DNA of 61,060 nt from a virus (taxonomy: Duplodnaviria; Caudoviricetes), in the IMG/VR virus record IMGVR_UViG_3300032257_000012, positions 1-61,060 of that record; one strand, given 5' to 3'. This document shows, piece by piece, positions 56,757 through 61,060 of this stretch. The position numbers and the translations under genes were made by a program. Within the stretch, counting starts at the first letter, position 1, and each line of letters starts with the position of its first letter. A model generated the notes under the pieces. It was not told the DNA's origin. It saw only the letters and a list, made by a program, of their open reading frames with translations, and did no database searches.

Positions 56757-57238
56757 AAAAAGAACGCGAAGTTTATAAGGACACGACGCAAGCGGCGTTG
56801 CTTAAAGAAGGGGGCAAGCAAGGAGCCGTCGCTAGCGCCGTCCTTTCCACGATGATGGAAGGTGTTGGACCACCAAGAATCCCCCTGACGCAATGGAAAG
56901 AGTTTGTGGCGATGGCTATTGAATGCCGAAAGCCTGGGCAGTATACCGTAGACAGAGATGGCACGGTATGTTGGTGGTCACTGACCGCCGATGTGGTTGC
57001 GATAGACGCTCAACCATGGGAAGAAGGTTGGCAGAATAGCAACCCCCCATATGAGGCAGCGGAAATAGGATGCCTCTCTCCGTTCGATGGCTGTGAGTGG
57101 ATCGCATACCACATTGTTGCACCGGATGGGTGCGCATGGAAAACGTTTCCCGAACCCGAATGGGATGTGCGGGATCAGATTGACGCGGCGTATCACCAAG
57201 AATCTTTGGAAAAACAATGGAGTAAAGATCATGAGTAA
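56753..57238 (+). CDS. DxDG-family early protein
   Basis: KPGQYTVDRDGTV...IGCLSPFDG. Confidence 0.55.
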   Translation: MKKEREVYKDTTQAALLKEGGKQGAVASAVLSTMMEGVGPPRIPLTQWKEFVAMAIECRKPGQYTVDRDGTVCWWSLTADVVAIDAQPWEEGWQNSNPPYEAAEIGCLSPFDGCEWIAYHIVAPDGCAWKTFPEPEWDVRDQIDAAYHQESLEKQWSKDHE

Positions 57239-57305
57239 AAGAACTGGGTTTAAGGGGATGAGGAAGCACCCACGGTATGTTGTTTGGAATTTAATGTTAA
57301 CATAA
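57231..57305 (+). pseudogene. 5' remnant of a third HNH-AP2 gene
   Basis: MSKRTGFKGMRKHPRYVVW* matches the N-termini at 2372 and 9443. Confidence 0.7.
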
Positions 57306-57365
57306 GCAAAGCTTGGCAACATACACCACCTCCCATCACAAAGCAGATAGTTATAGAGGATTGAC

Positions 57366-58039
57366 ATGAAAATAAAAATCGGATTTGAAACCATCCAAGA
57401 TTACTTAGAGTTCATCGACGAAGAACTTATAACCATCCTAGAGAACGACGCGAGCGACGTTGATTTTGAAGATCAAATGATGTGTGTCGTTTTGGAGTTC
57501 AAGGCAACCCCCGACGTGGCCACGCTGCGTAGTATCGAGGACACTGTGAAAATCCATGGGGGAGTGATGTCAAATGAATAAGGAGATACTAGACGCGATT
57601 ACCGCGATAAGCAAACTAGACAAAAGAGCCATGGACAGAGTTATGTCAGAGTACTCAAAAGACATTCCGGAATTAAATACTTGGCTGCTAGAGTTTGGAA
57701 ATCTGCAAAAACAGGAAGGATATAACTCAGGCAAGGCAGCCGCCAAGGACCACTCACATGATTGATGACAACGTGAGCGACGTCCCGCCGAGCGCGAAGT
57801 TTATTTTTTCCATCGGTGATTTCGATGACTTCGCAATCACCGATGGGGAGGACGTAGTATACCCCCTCATCCCCATCATCGACAAACTTGAGTTACATAA
57901 CCACGAGAAAATCGTTGAAATTTTCAGACCTGAGTTATATGCAAAAGGAGAGGACTACCCCGATAGGTATGAATTTACGTTGTGCCTAACACGGGCGCAA
58001 TTGGTATACATCTTACAAACAGTTCGACCACTAAACTAG
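57366..58039 (+). CDS. three small early ORFs (57366-57581, 57574-57765, ~57758-58039)
   Basis: ORF track; overlapping start/stop codons. Confidence 0.5.
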
Positions 58040-58048
58040 GAGATTGAT

Positions 58049-58336
58049 ATGACCAAAACTTTACACAACTCGGATGCGTCCGGCGCAAGAAAAAATGTCA
58101 AAGATATAAAAATTGTAGGTGATGGCGATATGTTTCGTTTGCTTTGCAAAGCTTCCAGCGAAAAAGAAGGATGGATGAAAAGCACAAAAGCGCTAGAAGT
58201 CCCTGGCGGTTGTTTAGTACAGGTGACTACACAACAGCGAAATGAGGATGGTAGCTACGCTGTCGCAGAGGCGTTAAGTTTTGTACCAAACGTAGGGATA
58301 ATTAATGATATTAATGGTGGGAGGAGATTGAAATGA
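58049..58336 (+). CDS. hypothetical phage protein of unknown function
   Basis: KASSEKEGWMKSTKALEVPGGCLVQVTTQQ; AGGAG RBS. Confidence 0.65.
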   Translation: MTKTLHNSDASGARKNVKDIKIVGDGDMFRLLCKASSEKEGWMKSTKALEVPGGCLVQVTTQQRNEDGSYAVAEALSFVPNVGIINDINGGRRLK

Positions 58337-58632
58337 TAAACCGAGTCACACTAAATGGAATAATGGGAGAGTACAAGTGTGACGAACTAAACGGTTGACA
58401 TCCTAATCAGCCCCTAAGGATGGGGGCACATACTAGTCACTTACTTCAAAGAGGAAACGATATGAATAAAACAGCGAGTTTTTCGAGAGGATTTATTTGG
58501 GCAGGCGTAGCCAAGATTTCACGCAACAGGGAGTGGAGTAGAGGCGCACATAATCCCATGTTATCACGCAAGAGAATTCAATACCTAAAACGAGAGTGGG
58601 AGATACAATCCCCCACCCACTACTGTATAGTA

Positions 58633-59424
58633 TTAGAGCGCTAGCTTCTTCAACACATACGAAGCAATGAACGTAACATTTACAGTGCCAGTGGCGACGT
58701 TAGCGTTGACCCATACATCCGTCTTCTCTCCGAGAGCGACGCTCGCGTCGAACACGCGCTCCACATCGCCACTGGAGTCGTCAACTTTGAAGAACTCGAA
58801 CGTTCCTGCGAATGGGGCAGTGACGATGTCCGCCCCTCCACGCACCATAAACTCTGACATGACAGTCTTACTAGCATCGTGGTTTAGTTTGGAATTCTGA
58901 AATTTCATAGAAAACCCACGCGGTACAGTGAACACCGCCTGTTGGGAGAACCCAATGTCTGGGTTAATCACATCAAGCAACGTCCCACCCGTAGTTTCTA
59001 TGTTGATCGTACCTACATTCCTCCCCCCGTAGGTGCCGGTTAGAATGCATGTTGCGCCATTGATCCGGTTGATAGTGATAGCGGAATCAGCAGAGGCCGC
59101 AGCTCCGGCGGTAGACAAGAGTATAAATTGTCGATCCCAGTTTGAGTCCAGAACATCCAAGGCTACGACGCGGGCGCCGGACCCCGCCACGTCGTCAGCG
59201 GCGTTCCCTCCGGCACGAATTCTCACCGCAGTGGGGGCCAATAGGAAAGGATAGATAAGAGATTCCCCCGCCCCTCCCCATACTGTTTGGGTGGTAGTTC
59301 CAATCCCTGTCTGTCGAGCATTGATGAGCCCAGTAGTAAATTGGCCATTGTCCCCAAAAGTGGAAGTAACGAAGAAGTCTTCAGCTACCGATACCAAATC
59401 GATTTGCTTCTTGCCGTATAGCAT
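58633..59424 (-). CDS. beta-rich virion-accessory protein
   Basis: Last gene of the accessory operon; DDVAGSGAR, QQAVFTVPRG. Confidence 0.65.
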   Translation of the reverse strand: MLYGKKQIDLVSVAEDFFVTSTFGDNGQFTTGLINARQTGIGTTTQTVWGGAGESLIYPFLLAPTAVRIRAGGNAADDVAGSGARVVALDVLDSNWDRQFILLSTAGAAASADSAITINRINGATCILTGTYGGRNVGTINIETTGGTLLDVINPDIGFSQQAVFTVPRGFSMKFQNSKLNHDASKTVMSEFMVRGGADIVTAPFAGTFEFFKVDDSSGDVERVFDASVALGEKTDVWVNANVATGTVNVTFIASYVLKKLAL

Positions 59425-60620
59425 TATATTTTCTCCATCACTGAACCAGTTACGTGGATAGCATCAGGGGTTGTAGGGGTAATGACTAGGTAGTCCCCGC
59501 CCTCAAGGGACCACTTCCCCGGTAGGGGGAACGCGTCGGTGGGTGTGATTTCTAAAGATTCGACGATAGTGAAGAATGCGTTCTCACTGCTATCGTATAG
59601 GTCTACTTTACAGTAGACCGTGTTCGATGTTTTGTTGGCGATGTTGATACTGGATACCACCGCTTCGGCGCCGGCAGGGACGACATATGGAACGGCTGAG
59701 ATAAATCCCGAAAATACATCCCCACTTAGGGACGTTCCTATGAACAATGTCCCATTCCGAGAAAGTAGGCTCAAGACCTCAGTAGCCCCCGCCAAAACCC
59801 CCGTATCATTCCAGGTAACTCCTAGATCAATAGAAGAAAAAACCTTTCCTCCAGGGGCGGTTCCGGCGTATAGTGTGCCGTCTACTTCCAACAAGCTCCA
59901 CACGTCAGTAGCCCCCGCCAAAACCCCCGTATCATTCCAGGTAACTCCTAGATCAATAGAAGAAAAAACCTTTCCTCCAGGGGCGGTTCCGGCGTATAGT
60001 GTGCCGTCTACTTCCAACAAGCTCCTAACATCAGTAGCCCCCAACAAATTCCCAGTGTTATTCCAGGTAACCCCTAGATCGGCAGAAGAAAAAACATCCC
60101 CACTAGGGGATGTCCCTGCGTACAAAGTGCCGCCCACTGCTAATAAGCTCCATACCAACCCCGCTCCCGCCAGGGTCCCAGTGGCATTCCAGGTGGCCCC
60201 CAAATCGACAGAAGAGAAGACATTCCCACCAGGGAGAGTACCTGCGTATAACACACCCCCATCCTCTATTAGGCTTAAGACGTGTGAGGCCCCCAACAAA
60301 TTCCCAGTGGCATTCCAGGTAACCCCTAAATCGGCAGAAGAAAAAACATCCCCAGCAAGCGACGTCCCGGCATATATCACACCGTTAAAATAGATCAACG
60401 CAAACACCTCAGTGGCCCCTGCCAAAGCCCCAGTATCGACCCAAGTGGTTCCCATATCGGTAGAAGAAAAAACTTTCCCGCTAGAGGATGTCCCGGCGAA
60501 TAGTATACCGTCTACCTCTAGTAGACTCCACACAGCGACAGCCCCAACCAAGTCTCCTGTGCCGGAGAAGACTTGGTTGGTGGGGAGATTTCCATTAAAT
60601 GTTCTATAGGTTACTGTCAT
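59424..60620 (-). CDS. seven-bladed Asp-box beta-propeller inserted in a small beta-sandwich virion protein
   Basis: 42-aa repeats (six SSxDxGxTW Asp boxes, seven blades); ATG at 60620 overlaps the stop of the repeat protein (ATGA). Confidence 0.85.
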   Translation of the reverse strand: MTVTYRTFNGNLPTNQVFSGTGDLVGAVAVWSLLEVDGILFAGTSSSGKVFSSTDMGTTWVDTGALAGATEVFALIYFNGVIYAGTSLAGDVFSSADLGVTWNATGNLLGASHVLSLIEDGGVLYAGTLPGGNVFSSVDLGATWNATGTLAGAGLVWSLLAVGGTLYAGTSPSGDVFSSADLGVTWNNTGNLLGATDVRSLLEVDGTLYAGTAPGGKVFSSIDLGVTWNDTGVLAGATDVWSLLEVDGTLYAGTAPGGKVFSSIDLGVTWNDTGVLAGATEVLSLLSRNGTLFIGTSLSGDVFSGFISAVPYVVPAGAEAVVSSINIANKTSNTVYCKVDLYDSSENAFFTIVESLEITPTDAFPLPGKWSLEGGDYLVITPTTPDAIHVTGSVMEKI

Positions 60621-61060
60621 ATTCCTAGTGCCCCATTCATATGAAGCACGCACAACTCTTCTTGCACTGCGGCCTCTGATGTTAAAATTCTGTCCGCACT
60701 AAACAGCTCAGTGACCGTCGTGCCTAAGTCATTAATTACTCTATGGAGAGTATCATCCGCTATGTGAGTTTGAATGTTAGCGTTCGCAGGTTCCTTAGTG
60801 GCCAACCTGGCTATGATCTCTGACGCACTAAACAGCTCAGTGACCGTCGTGCCTAAGTCATTAATTACTCTATGGAGAGTATCATCCGCTATGTGAGTTT
60901 GAATGTTAGCGTTCGCAGGTTCCTTAGTGGCCAACCTGGCTATGATCTCTGACGCACTAAACAGCTCAGTGACCGTCGTGCCTAAGTCATTAATTACTCT
61001 ATGGAGAGTATCATCCGCTATGTGAGTTTGAATGTTAGCGTTCGCAGGTTCCTTAGTGGC
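60617..61060 (-). CDS. C-terminal part of the 43-aa-repeat fibre protein
   Basis: Same 129-bp units at 60695, 60824 and 60953; frame continuous with 1-963 when 60953-61060 is overlapped on 1-108. Confidence 0.8.
   Translation of the reverse strand, partial: ATKEPANANIQTHIADDTLHRVINDLGTTVTELFSASEIIARLATKEPANANIQTHIADDTLHRVINDLGTTVTELFSASEIIARLATKEPANANIQTHIADDTLHRVINDLGTTVTELFSADRILTSEAAVQEELCVLHMNGALGI

Overview
The window looks like an essentially complete ~61 kb genome of a long-tailed (siphovirus-like) dsDNA phage, probably of a Gram-negative proteobacterium. The assembly opens inside a 129-bp tandem repeat, and 60953-61060 is identical to 1-108. Modules: replication (primase-helicase, PolA, PD-(D/E)XK exonuclease, VRR-NUC, SNF2 helicase; 10.7-18.8 kb, +); nucleotide metabolism (dUTPase, dNMP kinase); a small lysis-like cluster (DUF5675-like protein, class-3 lipase, membrane protein); the head-tail operon (45.7-23 kb, -); a second virion-accessory operon across the window junction (2.3 kb to 58.6 kb, -); and two divergent early regions flanking a 1.8-kb non-coding region (49.1-50.9 kb). 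No integrase, tRNA or CRISPR array was recognised. The most striking signal is in and beside that non-coding region: 15 sigma54 (-24/-12) consensus sites phased every 41 bp on alternating strands, plus four sigma28/FliA-consensus promoters. Three of these drive the leftward operon containing ArdA and one fires into the sigma54 array. Other notable items: a PEP-CTERM surface protein, a free-standing GacA/UvrY-like DNA-binding domain, two tail-tube/beta-propeller fusion genes between terminase and portal, a genome-wide CGACG-N4-CGACG motif, and several accessory genes flanked by duplicated gene-start sequences. All family assignments come from motif recognition by eye; no searches were run.
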